A stretch of 64,000 nt of DNA, taken from contig NMRA01000032.1 of the NCBI GenBank assembly GCA_002633005.1, forward strand, positions 124,001 to 188,000, given 5' to 3'. Each line of letters starts with the position of its first letter. Positions within the stretch are counted from its first letter, which is position 1. The position numbers were made by a program, and so were the translations under genes. Under the pieces are notes generated by a model. That model did no database searches. It had not been told where the DNA came from and worked only from the letters and a program-made list of their open reading frames with translations. Below, one piece after another: positions 1-14,900 of the stretch. The stretch comes from Phoronis australis (lineage: Eukaryota; Animalia; Phoronida).

Positions 1-1057
1 ATAAACGATCAACATGAAATATCTGAAATGCCGTTCCTGTTTTCTAAGTCGTCGTTTTGTTTGTGCCCCTCATGTGTGGAACATTTTAAAACAATTCTTA
101 ACAGAATTGAAATATTCTAACTTGAAAGTGATCAGCCAACTTTAAGATTCAATGTTCGCAAATTCACCAAATTTTAAAATTCTTCTATTGATGTTTCGCA
201 TAACAATGACTTAAACGGGTTCAACAAAGTTTACCAAAAGCCATATAGTAGCCGCCGTTTTACGACACTGACTTAATACTGTACATGTATATATAAAACG
301 CTTAAACATCATTTTTGGTTGCGGTGAACAAGTAACTAAATCTGCAAATTCTTGAATTTACATTTGCAAAATCTTGATTTTGCGTTGAGGTTTTGTTAAT
401 AACTTGTTGAATAACAGCACATGACATCAAATTTCCCAATGTCGTTCTACTTAAAAGGAGAATTGACACAAACAAAAGTGTTGACGTATATGGAACTTCA
501 TTTTACGTAATAAGACAATTTCAAATTTATTAAAGAAGAAAATTCTCGTTTTTTTTGTGTTGGCGTCAACACAAGTTATTTCATGAAACCCAGCAACGTA
601 ACATAGTCACAGTTTTGTGAACTGCAGCTGTGCAATCGTGATCTTGAAATCTGCGCGTCATCTTTTGAGACGATGTTTGCTCGAAAATAGCTGAACAACT
701 AAGTCGGCTAAACCTTAATTATTGTTATTTTATAGCAAACAAGGGAAGTCAAAACAAGACATGAAATAAAAAAAATTAAAGGTGCAACTTATTAATAATT
801 TACTAAGCTTATATTTCAGTACTTCATGTAAATTAAATTTATTTTTTTGCCACAAGTCCACTGTTGAGGTGACTGGACTGAAAAAAGTAATTTCATTCAT
901 CCTACTTTTTTGTAAATTTGTGTTAATCAAAGACCAAAATACAAAAAATGACAATTAAAAAACAGTGATAAATCAAAATTGTGTCCAACAGCTGTTCATT
1001 GCCGTACAAACCTTGCGTGAATCAGCGTTTGTGTTGTCTAGCTGTAAAGCCTCTTTA

Positions 1058-1480
1058 ATTAGGTACACATGAATGGCGAAAAAGCAAGCAGTTTCTCTGG
1101 TTAAAACGACTGCTAGCAAAATCGCAAGCGTTTTAGCCAAAAGGACGAGCTGTCCGCAAAGGGGTCATTTTTGCCGGCATAAAGATTGTTTCTTTATTAC
1201 CAGAATCGCTTTTAAGTGAAATTGATGTCAAAACACGTTCACTCTCGGCCGTCGCAACTATAAAAAGGTCTCTTATCACTGCGCATGTGTATCCTTTGAA
1301 GTAAGCGGCGTGGCTAAAAAGTGCTTGAGGAAACGCCGGTAGTTCTGGGGTAACTCAAACTTCCAGCAAAGCGACAGCAAAAGTGACCCTTGCGACCGTT
1401 CACATCATCGTTGGCATTTTTGCTGTTAGCGAAAGTGCTAGCGAAAACGCAAAAGTTTTAGCGACCATGTGAACCTATTC
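1058..1480. mobile_element. Degenerate MITE-like element
   Basis: Imperfect inverted ends (AGGTACACATG / CATGTGAACCT) and an internal inverted pair GCAAAGGGGTCATTTTTG / CAAAAGTGACCCTTGC. Confidence 0.4.
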
Positions 1481-2165
1481 GACTAAAAAACAAGCGGAAG
1501 TCGCGGAAGAAAGAACTCTTTAGACTAATTGAAGTTTAGGAACCTACCGTCATCGTTACCGGAGTCAGGAAACACCAGCATATTTTGTACCAGATAAACG
1601 GCCTGTGACCAATCATCAACTCGATGTCCGTAAACATTCTTTCAACCCCTAAATCCAATCGAAGAAACAATGGAAAGTGAAAGCTTGTAAGTTAGGGGTA
1701 AAATATAAATAATGTGATGTAACAACAATAACAATGGTAAAACTACAATCAATGTTGAAAATAACAATAACATCGACAATACCAGTGACAATGACGAGGG
1801 GGTGACATGGAACTCTCTCAGTGTCACATTGTGACCACTCTGTTAGACGCGTTCGTCACCTTGTGACACGTTGTAGACTTATTGGCTAGTTGGTGACACT
1901 GTCAAGTGTACAGAAACGCATACAGCACCAGAACCAATGTGCATTCAGGTCATGTCAATCAGCAAAAGCAACCAGTCATATCATTTTGGGCGTGAATTAA
2001 CGTGGTATATTAATTATGTTCATGAGGGGGCAACTACTATTGTATCGGATATGTAGGCCTATTGTGGCTAAACACATCATGTCATTGGTTTAATCAATAA
2101 GCTAAACTTAGCTATAATGTTAAATAACAATCTTCTTATTACTATCATAAATAAACGTCTAGTAC

Positions 2166-2211
2166 ACTACTACTACTACTGCTGCTACTGCTACTACTAC
2201 TATTACTACTA
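2166..2211 (+). repeat. (CTA/CTG)n microsatellite
   Basis: Run actactactactactgctgctactgctactactactattactact. Confidence 0.9.
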
Positions 2212-2991
2212 TAACATATTTATATTCATGCACTTAAGGAACCATTGACCTTGATAGGGGTCGCTTCAGTGGTGCGCATGTACAATAAACGAACACCATT
2301 GCAGCATATTTGGACGGTAAGATTAAAAATGTGTTACCGTAATTCAGCGGATATCTACATGAAAAAGAATTTTTGTGACGGAGGAACCAAACTTTGTTGG
2401 TTGGGCTAGCTTTTATTGCTAAGTCGACGTCATTTCTATGCGGCCAGTCATGAGACACAACAAAACAGAGCCAACTGGTCTCTGCTATCGTACTAGCTTG
2501 AGTATATTTCTCACATTTTTCATGATTCTATACATGCGTAAGAGGAGGCGCAAAGTAGTTTTATCCCCTTAAATTGATAAAGGAACATCGACACTAAAAC
2601 TGTTAAATTTTGCGTTTTAGTTCTTTATTTTGCAGTATACGCATTATATACTGCAACGAATTCTGACCTTTATGAGCATAAAATGAACATCGTCTGCTCG
2701 TACGAAAGAGCATGGACTATGGGAATTATTTCTATCGTAAATGTAAGTAGCAACGATAAAAACTATTCGTGGTCTGGATACAGAAATTGTACATTGCATT
2801 TTGAGGTGGTTTTCAAAATCATGGCAGGTGGAGAGTCAAGGCGGGGTAGGGTACGAGGACCAAGGACATGACCCTAGATCAAAAAAAAAAACGGCGCTGT
2901 AAAGGCGTTTTACAAGTGCAATGAAAATTTCTCCTGTTGAAATGATAGTCGTGCCCCCTCTCGACATTTAAGATTCACAACTGAAACTCAC

Positions 2992-5900
2992 CGTAAATCC
3001 AGGCTACGACGAAACATTCAAACAGCGACAGAATCATCAAGGAGAACACGGAACTGTACCAGTCGAGTATTTGCAGGACATAAATACCACCCTAAAATTA
3101 AGTTAACTACAAGTCATTTCATGTATGATCTGAGGTCGTTAACAAAGTAAATGGTCTTGAACCCATGCTCCCCTTCAGATCCGAAGTAGGGCCTGAGTTC
3201 AAGAATGCACAATTGTGCTTTGTTTAGGCCTATAGTAAACATTTTAGGACAAGTTTGTGTTGTATTTGACCTTTTTACGGATAGACCAAAGAATTGTGGG
3301 AAAATTTGAGAGCATCGGCACATGGGATTTCTGTACCCAGTTGCATGAAACAGTCCCAAATAGGGACTCAACTAAGGTCCCTAAATCTTCTGAGTATTTG
3401 TGGGCTTGTGGAAACACTGATTTTCATATCGTATGCTGTTTGAATATCATTACTACGCGAATTTCTGGCTTTCATACAAATTGAGAGTGAAATTAAGTTT
3501 GAATTCCCAATATTACCGAAAATAAATAGGGATCTTTTCATGTAACGCCCCCAATTTTATGGACTAAGTCCCTAACTGTTTTGATTGAATTAAGGGGCCA
3601 TTTTTAGTTATATTATTAGGAAATGTTGTCACACAAAGAAGAGCTCACAAATAGGTAAAAATATAGACAAAATATTACATCTATGCATAAAGAACGAAAC
3701 AAATACGAAAAAGATTTAGGGAATTTAAATGAGTCCCGTTTTGGGACACTAGATGGCGCCAAAGGAGAGATGTCCAATACTTCGCCACTTTAGGCACGCG
3801 CAAAGAGAACCGTAAAAGGTCCGTGGTGACAAGTATAGAATTATTTGAGTATAGAATTATTTTCAATTGGCCACCACACACTGTTGCGCCTACTTCGTTT
3901 AAGATAAATTCACACAGTGTTGGGGTTCTTAAGTGCAATCAATGTGTTGTTGACAGCGTGGCTTAGTAAGATTAAAGACAGATTAATTCATAAAAGTTGT
4001 TACTGTTCAAGTTTCGGCCCACTTAAGCTTAGGCCAGTAAGCATAACGACAAATTCAGGAAAAAAGAAGCAACTGAATTTTTAGAAAATAAAAAGCGGCT
4101 ACGCACCTGAGTCACCATAGGCAATCCAAGAACGAAAGCAAACAGACATAGAGCGCCAGTGAACAGCATCTTTCTGTTTTTAAGTATTTTTGAATATTCA
4201 TCAGAGAATGCACTTGTTACTGTCTCAAACATGGCGAACTGTAATCAAAGGAATTGCAACACATTTATACACATTGTAGGTCAAGAAGACTATATTTACA
4301 TGAACACAAATACACAACGTGTCTGCATTCATTTATACGTATACAGCAAAGCAGGACAAACGATGTACATGTACGTTTATGTGTGTAAATGCATATACAC
4401 TGAAACAAGACAACGATATAAATTCATTAAAACATGCTCACCAAAGCAGTACAGACGATATATATTCAACTGCAAATAGACGCTGGAACACGATAAACGC
4501 TTGAACCATAATTTTACACATGTGAATGTATATGTACACCGAAGCAGGATACATGATCTACATTCATAATTTTATGTGGGATATGTCCACCGAAGCATTC
4601 GCTTGCATGTATACATTGAACTAGGATAAACGATTTCCATTCGGGCAATATATTTTGGGAAATTGGGATACTTAAAAATTGTAAAACACACTTTGAACCT
4701 TTCAGTCGAGTTTTGTAAAACGAAATTAATGAAAATAACAATTCTCCAAACAAAAAGTTCTGACGCTCTCAGCAGGTCACGTGGTGCTAGCACGTGTTAT
4801 CTGATTGGCATTATTTTCATTATCTTATTCTGGCTAAACTGCTTTAATTCAAATAGTAAATTGTTACGTGGCGAGGTTGAGACTATCGACTGGGTCTCGG
4901 CCATTGAGCACTCAAACGGAAATCGGGAGAAATCAGGTTACTCAGACAGACTGACATTGTCGCATCTTGCTCACTGCGTCGCATAACAGGGTGAGAGTTT
5001 TTGTCTTCATGATTTCACATCCATAGAGAGGATTCAAAATACTTTTTATACGTGCTCGGCAAAATTTGCCGAATTAACAAAAAATTCCTCGAAAAAGTAA
5101 AATTTATCCAATGAGGTGAATACTTGGCGTCAGGTTAAAAAAGCACGGTTGGTGCTAATCTCTACACCGACACATTTTGAGGACTGCGCTCAACGACTTA
5201 AATAAACGCCCTGCCCGCCTAAATTCCAGTCAAGATTTGTCTTTGTGAAAAATCCACATTAATTCCACCCAAAACCTCGAAATGTCGCACAAAGACTAAT
5301 AAGCAAGATTTAAAACGCAATGACTTGCCAAGCGATGAGTAAATCTAAAACAAATTCCGCTGTGTGAATTTCAGATGGATTTTTTTTTGAAAATGTATTA
5401 AGCATCCGAAAATACCGTACCACCGACCCAATTTTCAAAAAACTAAATACCAGTACCAGCTGCGTTTTTGTGGCCTTAAAGCAATCCATTTGTAAAGGAT
5501 GAGTCAAATTTCATGCTATTTTAAAACCTTTCTCTTTCAAGTGACCGCATATGCACACACATACACTGTACGTCCAAAGTCGGATTTTGGTATAGCTACA
5601 CAGATTAACGCACGAGCTAGCCTAAACAAGCAAATGTGGTATTTATTTCTATGACAAGGTATTCAAGCACTTTACACAAAACGTTTTCCCATCAACATCA
5701 CCTGAGTGTCAAGCCCGACCGTGAACACCATCAGAAAGAACAAGACCGACCACAAGGGGGCGATAGGTAATCTTGATAGTGCTTCGGGATACACGACAAA
5801 TATAAGTCCTGGACCTAGAAAACAATATTCTTTAAACTTTGCGTTCGGTCAACTTTATAAGGGGTCTACTAGAAATCCTTTACTGAGACACGACAGCAAA

Positions 5901-8900
5901 AACTCAGTTCAACCTAGACCTTCTTATTTTCACATTATTTTTATAGCAACTTTAAAATGGAAAGATAACTTTATTGCAACTGGGAGATGGCCGGGCCAAA
6001 GGGAAATTCTAATAAGCAACACAGCGAAAGGGATTCTGAATAGTGATACNNNNNNNNNNNNNNNNNNNNNNNNNNNNNNNNNNNNNNNNNNNNNCCCCCC
6101 CCCCCCCCCCCCACCGAGACTCTTCTGATTGTGGCCGTTTGACAGAAACCGTCCAAATAATGTTCGATTATCTTCAACTCCGTTTGAGCTTAGCTGTTAC
6201 CTTGTGAGGCCACCTCTTCGATTGATGATCCAGTCTTCTCCGCCATGAATCCAATAATAGAGAAGGTGACAAGGCCGCCAAATAAGCTCGTACCACAGTT
6301 AACCAGCGGGATGATTGTAGCCTCTTGGTGAAATTTATGGTTAAACTTATTATAGCTGGCCATTGTCATGATGCCGCCCCAAGCGACACCTACTGAGTAA
6401 AATATCTGTGATGCAGCTTCACCCCAAACCTGTTTAAAATGCATATATGCATGTGGTAGCTAACAACATAGCTTCCTAAAATGACCAATTGCATCCACAC
6501 AAGGGGTACTCCACTAAAGAACGCGGCCTGGCTTTTTTGATTGAAATCAATTGTTTCTGCTACGGGCCCAACCTTCATGTATGTGACCTGCCTGCGGCTG
6601 ATCCTATTGCAACAACTGGATATTTTCAATATATTCACAGGGAAGTACCGCTAACGGGGATAGCGGCTAAGCAGATCGATCGATTTTTTTAAACAAAACT
6701 GCTCTTTGGCACTTTTTGGCCAAATGATTACAACTGTAGGTCCTAATTCATTGCAGTGACATACTGGATTATGATAAAACTACTTCTGTAGAAATCGGAA
6801 AATCTCAAAGTTGAATAAATAAATTTTGTTGCCGTAAACTCTTGCCTAAAAAAACAGTGTACTTCATCGGCATTCCATGGTGTTGTCATGTGATATCAGA
6901 ATCTTTGACTCGTCATATTAAAGAACTTAGCAAAGGGTTCCAGCCTAAACCATCAACAAAAGATGTCGCTACAGTGTTTTTTCAAGGATTAATAAATTGT
7001 CATAACACGTCAATACACGATTTAAATTCAAGTAATATTTTTTCTGAAATTCTATCTCCTGTCCGAAAAGATTTGAACACTAGGCCTGTGTAAACACTCT
7101 GTCACAAACACAGGTACGTTTACCTTGAATTCTGCCAACTTAGACCAGTCCGGCTTGAGGTAGAAAATTATGCCGTTAATGGCACCTGGTAATGTCACTC
7201 CCCTGACACAGAGGACTATCAATATGATGTAAGGAAATGTAGCAGTAACGTAGACAACCTGAAAGAAGAGTTATCGTCAACTTCCTTTAACGATGGGAAA
7301 TAGGAGACATGCAGTTTTCTGACAAATCACTCAATTCAGATTTAGTTACGGGGACACTTATGATTCGGCTATTTTTAGCCACCTGTGCGCCACTGGACAC
7401 GATTTCAATACTGGTGATGTCACTATCCTAGACTGTGAGGAAGACTGATTCAAAGGGGTGTGAAGGAAGCTCTCCATGAGTGCATTGAGAGTCCCTCTTT
7501 AAAGAAAAGAGGCAGTATAAGATTCGATTTGTCACACGTATGGGATGGTACTCTGACGTCAATGCCGCGCCGTCTGGTCAAAACCCCAACAACTGGCCAA
7601 AATAACGATAACTTCACAAGCCAAGCTGAGGTACGTGATATGCGGACGCAAAGTCGCTAATTTTTGTATGTTTTTATTCCAATATTAGACTCAAACTTTA
7701 TCCGTTCGCTCTTAGGTTAGTGTGTTAAATTGCCATCCACGATTTCCGGTGACTGTAGGGGTGATTATCTAGGGAATATGAAGACCACTGGGAAAGGGCT
7801 TAAAACGACATCTCATCTTGTCAAACATGAAGCACATTTACTTGCCAATCGTAACTTTAATCAAAAGTGTAAGTGCAGACACTAAAGAAAACAAAACAAA
7901 AAATGTCAAAGCTGTGAAAGTTTGCTGATCATTAGACCTCATAATTATGTCAAATTGTCCAAAAACGCCTTCAGAAAGGTGACATTTCTGTTGAACACCA
8001 ATAATAACGTACGCAATGACATACCTTCCCGGAGGATTTAATTCCTTTTATTAAACAAAAGTAAACCACGATCCAAGCAGCTACCAGGCACAGCAGAAGT
8101 TGCCACCGAATAACCCCCGTGTTTTCTATGCCGTCAGTGATTTGAAGAACATGTCGTCTACAAACACAACGTAAATTCCGCATTCACTAACCAAGTAATT
8201 GATTATATAGGTATGAATTTTTCACAGCATTTGTGGACTTGTGCACATACACATTGAACAGACAGAACTTTATAATTGGAATGTTTAGCATGACGTTTTG
8301 GACGCAGTGTGTCGGCATGTCAGTTCTTATTTCCAGGTCCAAATTGCGTCATCTACTGCCATGACACGTGACCACTAAACATCCGAATACTATTGTGCCT
8401 TTTTATTGCATCAGTTTTTAGCTTTGGTATACACCGAGAGTACACTTCCCTTTGAATTCTCCACATTAATGAAAATAAATAAATGCAGGTTGGTTTTCAT
8501 GCAACTTACTTAATTTAAATACCGATTCCCTATTCATTTTCATTGAAAGAAGAGCTGACTTTCAGATATATTATAAGAAAAAACATTAAATGAAAGAGAC
8601 GCTCATAATAAAGATCAATAACATTTAACAGCTTATTANATTGATCTTTATTATGAGCGTCTCTTTCATTTAATGTTTTTTCTTATAATATATCTGAAAG
8701 TCAGCTCTTCTTTCAATGAAAATGAATAGGGAATCGGTATTTAAATTAAGTAAGTTGCATGAAAACCAACCTGCATTTATTAATATAAGAGACCTCGCCG
8801 AAAGGTGGCCTACAAGCGGGGCCGCTTATATTAATTTAGAAAGTCTTGCTGGAAGGCGGCCTACGAGCGGGGCCACCCATATTAATATAAATACCCTCGC

Positions 8901-11900
8901 CGGAAGGCGGCCGAAACTTGAGGTCCATTATATCAATATTGGGGGCCCACTCTTGGGCTACCTTCAGGTGGCGCCCTCATTATTAACAAAGGGTGCTCCG
9001 CTTTTTGGCCGCATTCAGGCAGGTACCCCTTGCTATTCTAGTGAGTTTAGTATTTCTTCATGATTGACGGCTTTCAACACCATATTAGCAGCTAATCAAT
9101 GATTCTTCACCTTTAGAATACTAGGGGCGCTACTTAACCAGAATGACGGGCTACCCTTGAGATTCCGTGTATTAACCCGTTATTCCTGTCAACAGCACCC
9201 TCTAGTGGTTCTAACAGTGAAGAATAGCTACTCACTGCTGTTATTGAAAGCTGTCAATCGGTGCTTATGTTCAGAATCGCAAAGGTAGCCCGTCATTTTG
9301 TGTACCTAGCGCCCCTAGTGTTCTAATGGTGAAGAACGCTGATCATAGCTGATAATAAGCTTCGAGCTAATCAGCGATTTTTGAGGTATATCAAACTATA
9401 AGACCGCTAATTACACGAAATGACGGACTACCCTTGCCGTTTTAGTGATTCTGCATATCGATTGAAAGCTTTCAACCGCAGATTAGCAGCTATAATGAGA
9501 GGTTCTTCACCTTTAGAACACTAGGGGGCTACTTACGCAGAATGACGAGCTACTCTGAAGGGTTACACTTTCGATTCTAGCAATTCTGCATATTAATCCG
9601 GCGTTCCATGTAAGTAGCGCCCCCTAGTGCTGATTCTAACAGTTAAGAATCCCTGATTAGCTTCTAATACGTCATTGAAAGTTTTCAATTGATGCTACTA
9701 TCTAGAATCGCACCTAACGATCTTATGGTTTGATAAAGCTCAAGAATGGCTGATTAGCTCAATCTCATAACCAGAAGCTAATCAGCGATTCTTCACCATT
9801 AAAACAATAGGGAGCGCTACATACGCGGAAGAACGGCCTATCCTAGCGATTCTACATAATTGCACCAATTGAATTTGAGGCTTTCAATCGCATAGTAGCA
9901 GCTAATCCTCAATTCTTCAGCTACATAGTCAAACCATGAGACCGCTTAGGGCGCGACTTGCATTCGCACGAGGTGGTGCTGACCAGATTGATGTTGTGGG
10001 GTGGTAACCTGCGATTGTATCAGCGTTATTCCTGGTAATCTGAAAAGGTTGCAGTATAGTGTGCTTTTCTGCGATTGTAAGGTTTTGTAATCTATCGATT
10101 TAGGCAATCTTGCTGACTGGTGTCAAGATGGCGATCACGTCCTTATTGGATAGGCATTCAGCGCCACCTACAGATCTCATGTAATGCAGACGAGAAATTT
10201 CAACCTACTGGTATAAACAGAATTTTACGCCTTTCCTGCTTTCATTATGCCGGGAAATTATCACAGTTATGCGGTAGCATACGAAGGAAAAAGGGAAATC
10301 TGTTGAAATGTCTCTGGCTGAAGGTAATCATGCTCCACACATTCCCCACTGCGAAGGAAAATTCGTGGCAGCATAGTTGGTGCTTCGGATGATAAAGCAA
10401 GAGAATTTCATCCCAGCCAATATCAAAATGTTAAAATAAATGAAAGCGCCCGGAGGAGTCACACTTGGCGAAATTGAATGAACAGGTGACAATGGAGATG
10501 ATGATGACAATGATGACGACGATGACAGAGGCAATGATGAACATGATGATAGCAATCAAATGACAAAGGAAGAGGCAGGAAACGATTAAGAAATAATCTT
10601 GATCAATAGAAGGTAAACCAACAAAAGTAAAGCAAAAATCAGTCAACAAAGCAACAGCGTCATCAGGAAATCCCGAATATTTCAAAAAGGAGAAGTCGCA
10701 GCAAAAATGGAAACATCTTCTGAAGGCCCGTTTTAAAACTATCTAACAGGTTAGTTTCACAAAACTTCACAAATTTTCGAAAATTATCAAGTTTTGCATT
10801 TTTTTAAATTGAAAGTCATATAACAAACTGACACTCAATGTTGATAAAACCAAGGTTATGACTACTGGTAGCAGACAGAGGGTGGCTCTATTGTCTCCAA
10901 ACAGCATTGCCATTACTGTCAACCGCACCCAGCTGCCAAGAACTGAGAAATATAAATATCTGGTTGTTATTATTGATAATAATTCATCGTGAGACGAACA
11001 TGTTGAGTATGTGTGCAAAAAAAGTTTCTGTGCAGTTTGGACTTTTGTGCAGAGTCAGAAGCTACAGCTTGTCGATCAAGTTACTGTTCATAATCTGTAC
11101 AAGAGTCGAATTGTACCACACTTTGATTACTGTGATGTGTGGGGTAACTGTGCATCATACCTTCAGGATAGACTTTGAAAATTACAAAACAAGGCTGGCA
11201 GCTTTATACTCAGCTATAGTTTGCCTTTATCATGACGTTCTTATTTTTGACCTCGAGACACTTTGTTGGTGCAGCCTGATTAGCAGGCGTGCCTTTCATT
11301 TAAACTTTATGGTGTTCAAAGCCACACATAGCCTCACACCAAATTACCTCACTACTAAATTCAAAGCAGTTAGAGATTTTCACAATTAAAATACTAGAGC
11401 GAGTGTTTCTGGCTGCCTGTTACCATATAAGCCTAAAAACAACTGCGGCAAAATAACTTTTGCCTATGGAGGTGCTGTCGCTTACAATAGGTTGGGGACT
11501 GTCGTCTCGAACGCGACCTATGCCCACGTTTTCAAGCGGAAATACTGGGACTTTGTTCGTGGTTCAGGACCGTAGGTCTCAGCTCATCATTATTTTACTC
11601 TATTTTATCTTATTTATTCATCTAATGTTAACTAAGTTTTATACTTATTTATTTGATTTATTAATCTCATAAAAAATTTCGAAGCAACTGTTCCTTCAAT
11701 GCTCCCTCAACAGGACAAAACGTTTTCGTCCCGAAATCGAGGTGCTCATGCTCAATAGCCGATATTTCCAAAATATTTGACTTGAAATTAATGATTTCCA
11801 TTTCATATGTGGAAGCTTTTTGATACTATATGGTTGGCGAATTTCAGTCGTTTATGTCAAACAATGCGGCCTCTATGAGCATTTAAATCTGACTTCGAAA

Positions 11901-14900
11901 ACACGTCCGCCATCTTGAATCTGATCGTGACGAAAAAGAATAGGCTTCCAGCATTTCTGGGACTAGAGGTTGTGTGTGAATTTTGTGCCAATCGGACGAA
12001 AAATGCGACCTGTAGAGTGCGAAAAAAAAACTTTATTATAGGTAACCCCGTTGGAAGGCGGTCGGAGAGCGGGGCACCTATATTAATAAAGAGGGCCCCG
12101 CCACAAGGCTGCCGCTGAGCGAAACCTTGTATATTAATATAGAGGGCCCCGCTCTCCGTCCATCTTCCGGCGGTGCTCCCTATTCTTTTTTGTTAATAGT
12201 ATCATAGAAATTAATCTGTCTTCGAATCAAAATACACCATTTTTGCAATCATTCAGACCTAAATTGCTGCAATATGCCGTTAGTTTTCATTTTTATAATA
12301 TACGGCAGAAAATTTCTTCAAAGTTGATATATACACAAAACGTACCGAGAGTGGCGTGCATGAAGTAATGTCCCACGAGACATTATTCCGCGAATCGACC
12401 GATATCAAATTTATCCCATGCGCTTCAAATACCTAAGTTTCATACATTTTTGGCAGATTTTTCAAATACTTCACCCAGACTGTTCACATGGCGGATCACA
12501 TCCTATATGTATGTACTTGCGCGTTAGGTTGCAAGTTTTCTCTTGTAAAAGAAACGGTTTTAAAAGTAACGATTCATTTCTTGAAAAGAGATAGCAAATA
12601 TGAAAACAACGTCAACTGTGCAATGAACTTATAACATCCCCTGGAAATAGCTGAAAAACAACAGTATTTGATATTTTAATTTCCTAGGAATCGGCGCAGT
12701 GTTGCATACGATGTAATATTCAGCAATTGAAAACTGAGACATAAGTGTTTTATAATTAACAGTTTCGTTCCAGATTTTACATTTAGGACCTGGTTGCATG
12801 TCGAGTGTTAGTTACACTGCTGCAAAGTTTGATGATCGAACCGGCTAAAGACGTCGAGTCGACATTGACCTACCTTTTGAAGTTTCCATGTCAGAGGTCG
12901 CTAATAAAGTTGGGCGGGAGGTGAATACGGAAAACTTTATTACATGGCCGTATTTCCCTCGACAGATTCAACGCGCATGGGATAAAGCTTTATAACCTTC
13001 GTGATATTCCAGTGATTTCCGAAAAATGTGCCAGATTCTGACACATTTCATTTCCCATAACCAAGCCTCAAATCGCTAAATCGATCAGTGCCATCTTGAG
13101 GCCTGGGGACTAGGCTCATGGTTCAGTTAGGTGTTGATCGAGATCCGTCAGCGCACTCTGCCATTGTCTGGAGGTACCCACAGTTGCGGTGTGACGCCAT
13201 TCAAGTTAGTTCCTCTAACTAAAATATTAATACCATCTGTAATACCTGTCACGGACAGGATCATTGGGGATATGCTGGTGCATTAATCCTCTCTCCAGAC
13301 CATCCCCGTGACAGCAGAAGGCGCAGAACTCCAAGGCTGACGTTGCCTGTCAGTAACTGATTTGAAAATACTCGGGCACGGCTCTTCTTGCGACTTTTAG
13401 CAACATGGCCATAAGTAATAACCGGCTTAGAGCAGTCCGCTACCATCATTGAACTCAGCCAGTTGGGGTCAGTGATTCCGCAGTAGTTGACCTGTGCGTT
13501 ACGCACAAGACTATTGAATAATTAATTTCCAATGAGAGGGTGACTGTTCACCAGAAGGAGACAAAAACTTATAGTATCCACTGTAACTACGGATTCGACA
13601 GATACTCGATTATTTTACTGTGATGAAAATCGTCATCAACGTAGCTACGGTACAATGAAAGTGAACAATGTTTCAACCGCGTATAGTTATTGAGATATTT
13701 CAGAAGTAAAATAATTCACCCTACTATGTGTACGGTTATGGAGACGACATAAGGGGCTTTACAAGGATGCGATTATATCAAAAAGATGACGTTGTTCATT
13801 AATTTCTTTGTCGTCCTTATCAAATATTGGTTCCAACTTCTCAAAATCTTTCCTCATCGTAATCCAAGGGCAGCTTGTGTCAATATGACTTGAGTGTTTG
13901 GTATTCCCCACATTGGGCTTGTTCAGATAGACTTCCGTTGTTAAACTATGGTAAAATCATCAAAACATCATGTTTGAAAATTCATTCCTAGATTTTTTAC
14001 GCAAAAATATGTGATTGTTGTCTACAAGCAAGGTGACATAGTATTGCACATGCTATTATTCTATATATATTTTATGTATATATATAAAATGAAGGACACA
14101 GGGGATTTACTGCACGAAAGAGAGGACTGGGAGCACTATCTCTTTTTCTCATATCTCTACGCTAGCGGCTGTATCACAGCAACTAAATATTATCCCCTCG
14201 GTACTTCGAAATGAAGCAAGAACGTCCCCCATGGGATGACGTGTGCGGGGATCTTAGTGATCTGTTGCTTTCGTCAAAAACATAAAATTATAGAATTGGC
14301 GTCTGATGGTTACATAAACGTATACCTTATATGCCTATATCCTTAATAATTTGGCATATATGAGCATGTGCCTAATAAGCTTCACAAATAGGCCGCACAG
14401 GTGGCCATTCTTTGTATATTTGAGTATCTTACGCTGGGTGTTTTTGTCGGCTTTATTCCATTTTTAAAAAGTTTTCAGCCAAAAATTGTCTTCAATTGAA
14501 CGAAACGTAAGTAACTACTATTTCACAACGCATAAGTCAAGTTGCCATCTCAAAACAGAAAGCCACGCACATCGGTTTTACTCAAGTGTTTCGCATACAT
14601 TTACATACCCAAGCGACTTAAGTCCCGGTGCAGCTTTCCATTGGTGAAAGAAAACAACAAGTAATAACAATTGATGGCGCCATCGAACCTCTCTCAACGT
14701 CACTTGACCTTCTTGACAAATTTTCAAGCATTATTTGGGGAAAACAACGTGCCAATACGCGAACCTGACCTTCGCCTTCACGGCGAGTGTACTGCGGAAA
14801 ATCGGCGGTGATGGAGGTGCTACTGCGGTCCTTGTACGGTGATAAGGCTGTCATGACGGTGTCGCGGCGATACCACTGCGGATTGACTCAACCCGCGTTG

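Noticed and set aside
5971-6177. Poly-Pro/poly-Gly ORFs across the gap
   Set aside because: Artefacts of the N run and the C homopolymer.
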